Origin: Gammaproteobacteria bacterium
GTDB lineage: Bacteria; Pseudomonadota; Gammaproteobacteria; GCA-001735895
Assembly: GCA_050288105.1 (NCBI GenBank)
Contig: JBNKDE010000014.1
Span: 10,539 to 74,538, forward strand
DNA: 64,000 nucleotides
Direction: 5' to 3'
This document shows, piece by piece, positions 19,392 through 27,863 of this stretch. The first letter of the stretch is position 1, and each line of letters starts with the position of its first letter. Under the pieces are notes generated by a model that saw only the letters and a list, made by a program, of their open reading frames with translations, was not told the origin of the DNA and searched no databases. A program made the translations under genes and the position numbers.

Positions 19392-21550
19392 ATTTTTATT
19401 TCACCAACCACTTCAGCGGGTAAACGTAAAATGATCTCCGCACCCGCCTTTTTGCTATTTTGTGCGAGTACCATTCCGCCATGCTCTTCGACGATTTTCT
19501 TAACAATAGCCAGCCCCAGCCCACTGCCACTGCTTTTGGTCGTTACATAAGGTTCGAACAGCGTATCAACAATTTCCTCATCGATGCCTGCGCCGCTATC
19601 CAGTACCGACAACTCAACATATTCACAGCCGTATTCCTGCATGCAGCGCGTATTTAACTGGATCCAGCCTTTTTTGCCTACCGCTTCCAGTGCATTTTTG
19701 ACCAGGTTATGGATCAACTGCCTGACGCGCACGGTATCCGCATAAATTCGCGGGATGCGGGCATCCAGCTCGGTCTTAATCTCAACCTTTCGCTTATTGT
19801 CCCGATACAGGTCCAGCACTTCCCTGATAATCTGGTTCAGGTCAACCTGCTCCGGGTTTCTATCAGCCGTACTCGCATAATCGGTAAAGGTATTCACCAT
19901 CGACTTCATGGCCTCCACCTGCTGCACAATGGTGTGGGTGTATCGATCCAGTAAACTCTGGCGCTCCTCATCCACCTGTCCCGCCAGTTTGCGCTGCAAG
20001 CGTTCAGCTGATAACTGAATAGGGGTCAGCGGGTTTTTGATTTCATGAGCCAGGCGCCGCGCCATTTCGCTCCAGGCTGAATTTTTCTGCGCCTGGATCA
20101 GCTCGGTTAAATCATCGATAACAACAACCTGTTCGCTTAGCTCGTCCACGCGCTGATCCAGCTGGGTCCCCTGCAGGCGAAGAACTTTACGCCCACTTTT
20201 GCCATACACAATCACCTCTTCCTTCCAGTCTATCTGCGCTTTCATATTACGCCTGACCACTTCAAAAAAAGGTTTTAACTGGGGATACTTAATCAATACC
20301 TCAGTAATCGACTGATCGGTAAAACAGTTTGGCTCCAGGTCAAAAATCGATTCCGCACCACGGTTCCCCCGTTTGATCAAGCCAGCTTCATTGATCGTCA
20401 GCACACCTGAATTGATATGCTCGAGTACTGATTGCAGGTAATTTTTCTGCAAAGCTTCCATCAGCTGACTCTGATTCGCAACAGCGCGCGCACGTGACAG
20501 CTTACGTGTCATGGTATTGAATGATCGCGTTAAAAAGCTCAACTCATCTTCACCTGATACCTTAAGCTGCGTTTCATAATCACCCGCAGCAACTGCCTGG
20601 GTTCCCTCTACCAGATTATTGATCGGTGACACCAGCCGACGTGCAGACAGAAATGCAACATAGATTGCCGACAACACACTCAATAACCAGACCAGCGATA
20701 GCGCCAGCGTAAAACTGGTTTTCAGCGGGTCACGTAATACAGCCAGTTCACGATATCGCTCATACGCCTGCTGTACGCCCTGGGTCAATTCGTTGACCTG
20801 GTCAGTTACTGGAAACAGCGCCTGTAGCGTTTTATCCTGTTCTGTTGCTAGCAGGCCCCGCACCGGAACCACCACGCGTATACGAATTCCGCGATCCGAA
20901 GTATCTTCCATTTTCAGGTAATGGTTGTCCTGCCCCAGACTTCCAAAGGCCGTCTTTGCCAGTGTTTCCGGCAATTCGGATGAGTTTTCACTGCTGGAGG
21001 CCAAAATTTCACCATTCTTACCGACCAGGGTCAGTTCATTGGCGTTTTGCTGATTCCGAGCATCGTTCAGGTAAATAACCCTCAACTCTTCAGGGATGGT
21101 AGGAATTTCACTGGCAATTTGCAGCGTTTTTTTAAGCGCTTCGCGTTTACGTAAATCGATCGCACTGCGCCCCAGTTGCAGGGAATCCTCCAGCGCCTGT
21201 TCCACACCCACATCAAACCAGCTATCGATACTACGATGCAGAAAGGTCAATGAAAAATAATAAACAATACTGACCGGAATGATGGTCAATATGACGAAAG
21301 CGCCGATCATACGCGTAGTCAACCTGGAACCAACGGCCTTCAGGCGATACTGCAAAATCAGCTTGTAAAAATTATAAACAATTAGACCAATGAGCGTAAT
21401 CAATCCCAGCGCATTGAAAAACACCAGCAGGTTGTAATACTTTCCAAATGAAGCCGAGTTAGAGGTCGCATCACTGATGGAATACAGCGAAACAAACAGC
21501 AGAATCAACAATGCCATGATCGGTGCATAATTCTTCAGCATACGATTCAT
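19388..21550 (-). CDS. ntrY: NtrY-like sensor histidine kinase (multi-TM, HAMP, PAS, HisKA, HATPase)
   Basis: It has N-terminal TM helices, a HAMP domain (LVSPINNLVEGTQAVAAGDY), a PAS domain, the H-box ARRLAHEIKNPLTPI, and the G-boxes DSGAGI and GSGLGLAIV. I prefer the ATG at 21550, which forms an ATGA overlap with the upstream gene. The track ORF extends to 21574. Confidence 0.8.
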   Translation of the reverse strand: MNRMLKNYAPIMALLILLFVSLYSISDATSNSASFGKYYNLLVFFNALGLITLIGLIVYNFYKLILQYRLKAVGSRLTTRMIGAFVILTIIPVSIVYYFSLTFLHRSIDSWFDVGVEQALEDSLQLGRSAIDLRKREALKKTLQIASEIPTIPEELRVIYLNDARNQQNANELTLVGKNGEILASSSENSSELPETLAKTAFGSLGQDNHYLKMEDTSDRGIRIRVVVPVRGLLATEQDKTLQALFPVTDQVNELTQGVQQAYERYRELAVLRDPLKTSFTLALSLVWLLSVLSAIYVAFLSARRLVSPINNLVEGTQAVAAGDYETQLKVSGEDELSFLTRSFNTMTRKLSRARAVANQSQLMEALQKNYLQSVLEHINSGVLTINEAGLIKRGNRGAESIFDLEPNCFTDQSITEVLIKYPQLKPFFEVVRRNMKAQIDWKEEVIVYGKSGRKVLRLQGTQLDQRVDELSEQVVVIDDLTELIQAQKNSAWSEMARRLAHEIKNPLTPIQLSAERLQRKLAGQVDEERQSLLDRYTHTIVQQVEAMKSMVNTFTDYASTADRNPEQVDLNQIIREVLDLYRDNKRKVEIKTELDARIPRIYADTVRVRQLIHNLVKNALEAVGKKGWIQLNTRCMQEYGCEYVELSVLDSGAGIDEEIVDTLFEPYVTTKSSGSGLGLAIVKKIVEEHGGMVLAQNSKKAGAEIILRLPAEVVGEIKI

Positions 21551-22119
21551 GGTGTCACCTCCCACTCGTACCACTCACTTTTTAAGTCCCAGTTATTTTG
21601 CCAAAGAGAGGAAGACTTCAGGGGAATAGGTAACTGGGACTGATCCACCCCTAGACGAATCTGCGCATGGTAGGGTCCATCATCGGGCAGGTTATTTTTA
21701 TCCAGCAACGGGAAATCCAGTATTACGGATAAATGCTGGATGGCTTCCGTCAGCGTTGCGAAATATTGTCGCCTGCCCGAGTTCACGTTGTAGACCGATG
21801 TTGCATCCAGTAAAGGGTGGTAATTTAGCTGGTACTGCTGCTTGATGTAGACCACCTGCTCATCAAACCAGAAGGTTTTACTTTTGAAAATTTCAACTTC
21901 CATCAATAGCGGTAGATTAAACCCCTGATCGATCGCATCGGTAATATAGTAAGGAAGCTGTATCTCAAAAACAGCATTCAGGAAATAGACATTCTCTTTT
22001 AAATGCGTATTGACAGATTTGATGACAAACGCATCCCCCACCTGGGCTCTGACCACACCAGACTGCAGTGCCAGCATAAGACTAACTACCCAGATCAGTA
22101 TTAGTCTTTTTTGCCACAT
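21547..22119 (-). CDS. DUF4390-like periplasmic protein
   Basis: 190 aa with a signal peptide. It occupies the conserved position between rsmB and ntrY seen in beta- and gammaproteobacteria. Confidence 0.65.
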   Translation of the reverse strand: MWQKRLILIWVVSLMLALQSGVVRAQVGDAFVIKSVNTHLKENVYFLNAVFEIQLPYYITDAIDQGFNLPLLMEVEIFKSKTFWFDEQVVYIKQQYQLNYHPLLDATSVYNVNSGRRQYFATLTEAIQHLSVILDFPLLDKNNLPDDGPYHAQIRLGVDQSQLPIPLKSSSLWQNNWDLKSEWYEWEVTP

Positions 22120-22127
22120 TTTATTGA

Positions 22128-23465
22128 TCAGCCTCTTTTCTCAAGTAGTGCATAATAGAATCCGTCCATACTATATGACCCTGGCAGTATCTGCCGGCCA
22201 TGCGGTCGTCCGGAACCCCATTGTAGCGCGTTTAGCGGGCGCTCCACACAATCCGGCTGACGCTCGCAGAACCCTTCAATTTGCCGCTCATTCTCTGCTT
22301 TAAAAATCGAACAGGTACTGTACAGCATCAGCCCACCCGTTTTTAGCACCGGCCAAAGCGCATCCAGTAATTGCTTTTGTTGCTTTACCAGCGACGCAAT
22401 ATCGCCTGGCTGGCGCAGAATTCGAATATCTGGATGCCGCCTGATAATACCACTGGCGGAACAGGGTGCATCGAGCAGAATGCGATCAAACAGGGTTCCA
22501 TCAAACCAGCTCTGTATCTGAGCCGCATCCGCATGAATGAGTTCAGCGTTTAAGTTTGCTCTTCGGCAGTTTTGACCCACACGAGCCAGCCGCTGTTCAT
22601 CCTTGTCCAGCGCATAAACCACTAAATCAGCGGCTGATTGCAGAATATGCAAGGTTTTCCCCCCAGGTGCAGCACAGGCATCCAGTATCCGCATACCTGA
22701 TCGACAATCAAGAAGTTGAGCAGCAATCTGCGCAGACGCATCCTGTACACTCACCAGTCCCTGATCAAAGCCAGGGATCTCAGCCACTGCCAACGCCTGC
22801 TGCAGAACAACCGCTGTTGGAATAATTTCATGAGCCTGGGCAGTAATATCATGTTGCTGCAGGGTTTGCAGGTAGTGTTCACGAGACAGCTGCTGCGTAT
22901 CAACCCTGAGCACCAGGGGCGGGGGTTGATTGCCAGCCTGCATGATGGCGAACGCATTACTCCCCCAGTCCAGTTCAAACTGCTGTTGCATCCACTGCGG
23001 ATAGGCAAGAGCATGCTCATCATCATTCAGGCTGGCGGTATTTGCGTCATCCCCTGCCGCAAGCGCGCGCAGATAATTGCGCAACACAGCATTAACCAGT
23101 CCTCGTGCCCATTTTTTCCTGATTCGATTGACCAGATTAACCGTTTCATTAACTGCCGCATGATCATCCGTGCGCATAAAGCGAATCTGGTAAAGCCCGA
23201 GTAACAGGATGACCTGTACATCAAAATCCTTGGTTTTTAAGGGCTTGTTCAGCAGCGGCTTGAGTTCTTCATTCAGCACGAAGTAATAGCGGCAAAACCC
23301 ATAACACAGCTCACTACACAGGCCCTGGTCACGACTATTGTTGAGATGAATTAACTGTTTTTCTAACTGAGAACTAAGCGATTTGCCCTGGCTAACTACC
23401 GATTGACAGATCCTCAGGGCAAGCTCCCGAGCATTATATTTTTTATCCGTCAAAACATTCGCCAC
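22128..23465 (-). CDS. rsmB: 16S rRNA (cytosine967-C5)-methyltransferase RsmB
   Basis: 445 aa with an NusB-like N-terminus, the SAM motif DACAAPGGKT, and catalytic DAPCS and TCS motifs. The fmt-rsmB order is conserved. Confidence 0.93.
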   Translation of the reverse strand: MANVLTDKKYNARELALRICQSVVSQGKSLSSQLEKQLIHLNNSRDQGLCSELCYGFCRYYFVLNEELKPLLNKPLKTKDFDVQVILLLGLYQIRFMRTDDHAAVNETVNLVNRIRKKWARGLVNAVLRNYLRALAAGDDANTASLNDDEHALAYPQWMQQQFELDWGSNAFAIMQAGNQPPPLVLRVDTQQLSREHYLQTLQQHDITAQAHEIIPTAVVLQQALAVAEIPGFDQGLVSVQDASAQIAAQLLDCRSGMRILDACAAPGGKTLHILQSAADLVVYALDKDEQRLARVGQNCRRANLNAELIHADAAQIQSWFDGTLFDRILLDAPCSASGIIRRHPDIRILRQPGDIASLVKQQKQLLDALWPVLKTGGLMLYSTCSIFKAENERQIEGFCERQPDCVERPLNALQWGSGRPHGRQILPGSYSMDGFYYALLEKRG

Positions 23466-24372
23466 TCAGGTTGCGCGCATTTAACAACTGACCTGCCGCC
23501 TGACGCTTTTTGCCCGCAAACTGTAACTCAGTAATGCACAGCACCCCTTCTCCACAACTAACCCTGACACCTTCGCGGTCATGAACAATCACCCTGCCAG
23601 GATTTTCAGTAGCGCTCTCATCAGTACAAAAAGCTGACCAGACCTTTACAGGCAGCCCGTCCAGACTCGTAAAACTTACCGGCCAGGGATTGAATGCACG
23701 TACCTGGCGCGACAGCAGACCCGCAGACAGAGACCAGTTTATAGCCGCCTCCTGTTTGCTCAGTTTATCGGCATAGGTAGCCAGGCTGTTATCCTGAGGA
23801 ATACCTTGAATGCTCTGGTTTTCCAGTGCCTGCAGGTTATTTTTTAATAGTTCGGCACCCAACACACTGAGTTGATCGTGCAATTGCGCCGCCGTGCTGT
23901 GGTCAGAAATTGATATTGCAGACTTTGCCAGCATCATTCCTGTATCCAGGCCTGCGTCCATCTGCATCAGCGTAATCCCTGTTTCGCTGTCACCTGCGAG
24001 TATCGCTCGCTGGATTGGTGCTGCCCCACGCCACCTCGGCAGCAACGAGGCATGAATATTAATACAGCCCAGTGCAGGCGCATCCAGTACTGCCTGCGGC
24101 AGGATCAGGCCGTATGCGGCGACCACCATCAAGTCAGCCTGATAATCCAGCAAACACTGGCTGGCCTCTTCATTGCGCAATGACTGAGGTTGTTGCACAG
24201 GTAATTCAAATTGTTCGGCGCAGAGTTTTACGGGGCTGGCCTGTAACTTACGTCCGCGCCCGGCAGGACGGTCTGGTTGGGTATATACCGCTACCACTTG
24301 ATGATTTGACTGAGCGAGCATTTGCAGCGCAGGAACAGCGAATTCCGGCGTACCCGCATAGATGATTTTCAT
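23443..24372 (-). CDS. fmt: Methionyl-tRNA formyltransferase
   Basis: 309 aa with MKIIYAGTPEFAVP, NIHASLLPRWRGAAPI and formyl-transferase motifs. Confidence 0.95.
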   Translation of the reverse strand: MKIIYAGTPEFAVPALQMLAQSNHQVVAVYTQPDRPAGRGRKLQASPVKLCAEQFELPVQQPQSLRNEEASQCLLDYQADLMVVAAYGLILPQAVLDAPALGCINIHASLLPRWRGAAPIQRAILAGDSETGITLMQMDAGLDTGMMLAKSAISISDHSTAAQLHDQLSVLGAELLKNNLQALENQSIQGIPQDNSLATYADKLSKQEAAINWSLSAGLLSRQVRAFNPWPVSFTSLDGLPVKVWSAFCTDESATENPGRVIVHDREGVRVSCGEGVLCITELQFAGKKRQAAGQLLNARNLSGECFDG

Positions 24373-24403
24373 TAATCAGACACTCCTGACAGGGAAAAAT
24401 GAT

Positions 24404-24910
24404 TCAGGAGGCATCCTGTTTTTTTTGTTTTTCCAGTTTCTTTCGGATTCGGTCACGCTTCAGGCCAGAGATATAATCGACAAAAAGTTTACCTTCCAGG
24501 TGATCCATTTCATGCTGGATACAGACAGCTTCCAGCCCATCGGCAGTGATTTCAAAAAACTTCCCATCGGCATCCTGGGCGCGCACAGCTATTTTTTCTG
24601 CGCGTCTTACCGTCTCATAATATCCCGGTACGGAAAGACAGCCCTCATCCATTTCCTCTTCTCCTTCTCTGGACAGGAATTCAGGGTTTATCAACACCTT
24701 AGGCTCGTTCTTTTCTTCCGAAACATCCATCACTAACAAGCGCTTATGAACATTGACCTGAGTCGCTGCAAGACCAATTCCAGGCGCTTCATACATGGTT
24801 TCGAACATGTCACTAATCAGTGTCTTTAAACGATTGTCAAACTCAGTCACCGGGTCGGCTTTGGTACGCAAACGCGGGTCTGGATAATGTAAAATATTTA
24901 ATAATGCCAT
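24404..24910 (-). CDS. def: Peptide deformylase
   Basis: 168 aa with [13 protein letters not shown] and QHEMDH metal-binding motifs. Confidence 0.96.
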   Translation of the reverse strand: MALLNILHYPDPRLRTKADPVTEFDNRLKTLISDMFETMYEAPGIGLAATQVNVHKRLLVMDVSEEKNEPKVLINPEFLSREGEEEMDEGCLSVPGYYETVRRAEKIAVRAQDADGKFFEITADGLEAVCIQHEMDHLEGKLFVDYISGLKRDRIRKKLEKQKKQDAS

Positions 24911-25048
24911 AATTTAAACTTCGAGAACATTTACAAGTTTTAGCTCCAAGCTTATGATTATAATAGAATCTTAACCATAAAAAAGGTTGTAGTTAGATAG
25001 AATTCAACTACAATCGCCGAATATAAATACACCAATCCAGGGGTTTCT

Positions 25049-26224
25049 ATGTATAACCTTAACAAGCGACTGTTACTACATGGACTGTTCATTTTCGCCG
25101 GTTTATCACTGCTAAATGGCTGTTCAACTACTCAAGAGCCATACGCTGTAGTAGAGGAAACGTCTGTTGAACCAACTGAAATTACAGTCAAAGCTGACCT
25201 GACCCCGCCACCGCCACGCGAAACGATCGTCTACGAGCCGGAGCATCCGCAGACCTATATTGTACAAAAAGGTGACACGTTATGGGATATTTCATCTCAC
25301 TTTTTACGTGACCCCTGGTACTGGCCAGAGATCTGGTACAAAAACCCACAAATTGAAAACCCCCACCTGATCTACCCCGGCGACGAACTTGCCATCATTT
25401 ATGTGGGTGGAGAAAAGCGCATCCAACTGCTAAGACGAGGTGAAACCGGCCAGGCACTGGCCACAGGTGGACTCAAAATCGTCAAGCTCTCTCCCAGAAT
25501 CAGGGCGCAGTCAATCGATGCCAGTATCCCCTCTATCCCTATAGAGTCGATTCGTCAATTGCTGGAAAAACCAATAATTATCGCTGAAGAAGATCTCGCC
25601 AAAGCGGCTTACGTACTTGACAGTCGCGACAACCATCTGGCGAATGCAATCGATGACACCCTGTATGTACGCAAACTGGATACCTCAACCGGAAATGGCA
25701 GATATCAGATATTTCGTCCTAATAAACCTCTGATCGATACCACCACTGGGGAAGTGCTGGGCTACGAAGCGCTGTACGTAGCTGAAGGCAAGCTTGAAAG
25801 AGGTGGCGATCCAGCTTCAGTTCGAGTGACCTCATCTACCCTGGAAATTCTACGTGATGACCGCCTGCTACCCATAGACAACACCACTATGGAGAGAGAC
25901 TTCTTTCCTCGCTCTCCCAAAGAAGAGGTTAATGGCCGCATCATTTCATTGCTGGATGGTATTTCCCAGCTGGGCCAGTACCAGACCGTAGTCGTTAACC
26001 TGGGGTTACGCGACAATATCGCTGTCGGCAATATCCTGGAAATTGAGAAAGAAGGTAAAGTGGTCATTGATCGTTACGAAGAAGAGAACAACTTTGCCGT
26101 GAAACTCCCCAACGAGCGTAGCGGCCTATTAATGATCATCCGTACTTACGAGAAAATGAGCTTCGGACTGATCATGCAGGCTGAAACCCCCATCCGACTA
26201 AACGATGCAGTAAAAACGCCATAG
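25049..26224 (+). CDS. LysM domain-containing peptidoglycan-binding lipoprotein
   Basis: 391 aa with a lipobox (LLNGC) and a LysM domain (YIVQKGDTLWDISSHFL...IYPGDEL). It holds the conserved position upstream of dprA, divergent from def. Confidence 0.8.
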   Translation: MYNLNKRLLLHGLFIFAGLSLLNGCSTTQEPYAVVEETSVEPTEITVKADLTPPPPRETIVYEPEHPQTYIVQKGDTLWDISSHFLRDPWYWPEIWYKNPQIENPHLIYPGDELAIIYVGGEKRIQLLRRGETGQALATGGLKIVKLSPRIRAQSIDASIPSIPIESIRQLLEKPIIIAEEDLAKAAYVLDSRDNHLANAIDDTLYVRKLDTSTGNGRYQIFRPNKPLIDTTTGEVLGYEALYVAEGKLERGGDPASVRVTSSTLEILRDDRLLPIDNTTMERDFFPRSPKEEVNGRIISLLDGISQLGQYQTVVVNLGLRDNIAVGNILEIEKEGKVVIDRYEEENNFAVKLPNERSGLLMIIRTYEKMSFGLIMQAETPIRLNDAVKTP

Positions 26225-26239
26225 GATATTATTCTAGGG

Positions 26240-27346
26240 ATGGCCAGGGATGACCTAGCCTGTTGCCTGGCACTCAACCAGTGCCCAGGCATCGGGCCAG
26301 CAAAATTTCGCCAGCTGACGACTGAAACCGGTTTCTCTGTCAGTGAACTATTCCAGCTCTCCAGTCACCAGCTCAGTCAGTTAAATTTAAAGCAGGAGCA
26401 GATCGGATATATTAAAAATCCAGACTGGAGTGCGGTCGACCAGGCACTTGACTGGCTTGTAGAAGATAGCTCTCACCATATCCTGACGATACTAGACCCT
26501 GATTACCCGGAACTGCTGAAAGACACGGTAGATGCCCCGCCCTTGCTGTACGCTATTGGTGACCAGGCTCTCCTCCTGACACCCCAGATTGCGATAGTGG
26601 GTAGCCGCAACTGTACGCCGGGAGGCGCTGATACGGCGAGTGAGTTTGCCCGCTACCTGAGTCGCTCAGGACTCACCATCACCAGTGGAATGGCATTAGG
26701 TATAGATCAACACGCACATCAGGCAGCATTGAACTGCGCTGGCAAGACCATTGCGGTGATCGGTACCGGTATCGATAGAATCTACCCTTCCAGAAATAAA
26801 CAGTTAGCATATGAGATTGCCGAGAAAGGCCTGATTATTTCCGAGTTTCCTCTTGGTACCCCACCGTTAAATACCAACTTCCCCAAAAGAAATCGTATTA
26901 TCAGCGGCCTGAGCCTGGCGGTTCTGGTGGTGGAGGCGACTCGAAAAAGTGGCTCATTAATAACCGCAAGAATGGGCATGGAACAGGGTCGGGAAGTGTT
27001 TGCCATCCCGGGATCCATTCACAACCCACAGAGCAAAGGCTGTCATCACCTGATACGTCAGGGAGCGAAACTGGTTGACCAGGCCTCCGATATTATTGAT
27101 GATATAGGGAGCCTGCTAGGCTTCATCGCAGAGCAGGTGGACACCCATGACGATTCGCAGCAGAGTTCTGTTTTAGATAGCGAATATCAGGCATTACTGG
27201 ATGCTATGGGCTATGATCCAGTATCAATAGATACTCTGGTAAACCGCAGTGGCTTGACCATTGACCAGCTTTCCTCCATGCTGTTAATACTCGAGTTAAA
27301 CGATCAAATTAAAACCGCACCTGGCGGGCTTTTCATCAGGTGTTGA
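26240..27346 (+). CDS. dprA: DNA-processing protein DprA
   Basis: 368 aa with a Rossmann-like DprA core (IAIVGSR.CT.GG, GLA.GID..AH, FP.RNRIISGLS, VVEA...SGSLITA). Confidence 0.93.
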   Translation: MARDDLACCLALNQCPGIGPAKFRQLTTETGFSVSELFQLSSHQLSQLNLKQEQIGYIKNPDWSAVDQALDWLVEDSSHHILTILDPDYPELLKDTVDAPPLLYAIGDQALLLTPQIAIVGSRNCTPGGADTASEFARYLSRSGLTITSGMALGIDQHAHQAALNCAGKTIAVIGTGIDRIYPSRNKQLAYEIAEKGLIISEFPLGTPPLNTNFPKRNRIISGLSLAVLVVEATRKSGSLITARMGMEQGREVFAIPGSIHNPQSKGCHHLIRQGAKLVDQASDIIDDIGSLLGFIAEQVDTHDDSQQSSVLDSEYQALLDAMGYDPVSIDTLVNRSGLTIDQLSSMLLILELNDQIKTAPGGLFIRC

Positions 27347-27359
27347 GATAGAGGTATAC

Positions 27360-27842
27360 ATGAAAGAAGGTGTTATAGACGTACTGATGTACATTTTTTC
27401 AAGCTATGCAGATAGTGATGACACCCTTCCAGAAGACCGTGAAAGCATTGATGCAGATTTACGTGAAGCAGGATTTGACCCCAATGAAATTGATAAAGCC
27501 TTTGACTGGTTAGACGGTCTGGCGCTGGCTGGGGATATTCCATCAATAAAGCAGTCAACAAAAGCCACACGCATCTATTCCAGCTCAGAAACTCTTCGAA
27601 TGGACACTAAAATCCAGGGTTTTCTGTACTTCCTTGAACAGTCTGGCGTCCTGACCCCTGAACTCAGAGAGCTCGTCATTAATCGAATTATGGCGCTCGA
27701 CGGCAGCGGCCCTGTAGATATGGAAGAGTTTAAATGGGTTGTGATGATGGTATTATTCAACAACGCAATCGATCAGGACGAAAATACCCTGATGCATTAC
27801 GAGGATATCGTGTTTGCAGATCAGCCCGCAATATTTCACTAA
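27360..27842 (+). CDS. smg: Smg protein (DUF494)
   Basis: 160 aa with VLMYIF, L.EAGF and RIY motifs. The dprA-smg-topA order is conserved. Confidence 0.85.
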   Translation: MKEGVIDVLMYIFSSYADSDDTLPEDRESIDADLREAGFDPNEIDKAFDWLDGLALAGDIPSIKQSTKATRIYSSSETLRMDTKIQGFLYFLEQSGVLTPELRELVINRIMALDGSGPVDMEEFKWVVMMVLFNNAIDQDENTLMHYEDIVFADQPAIFH

Positions 27843-27863
27843 AATAATTAAACGATCCAGCCT

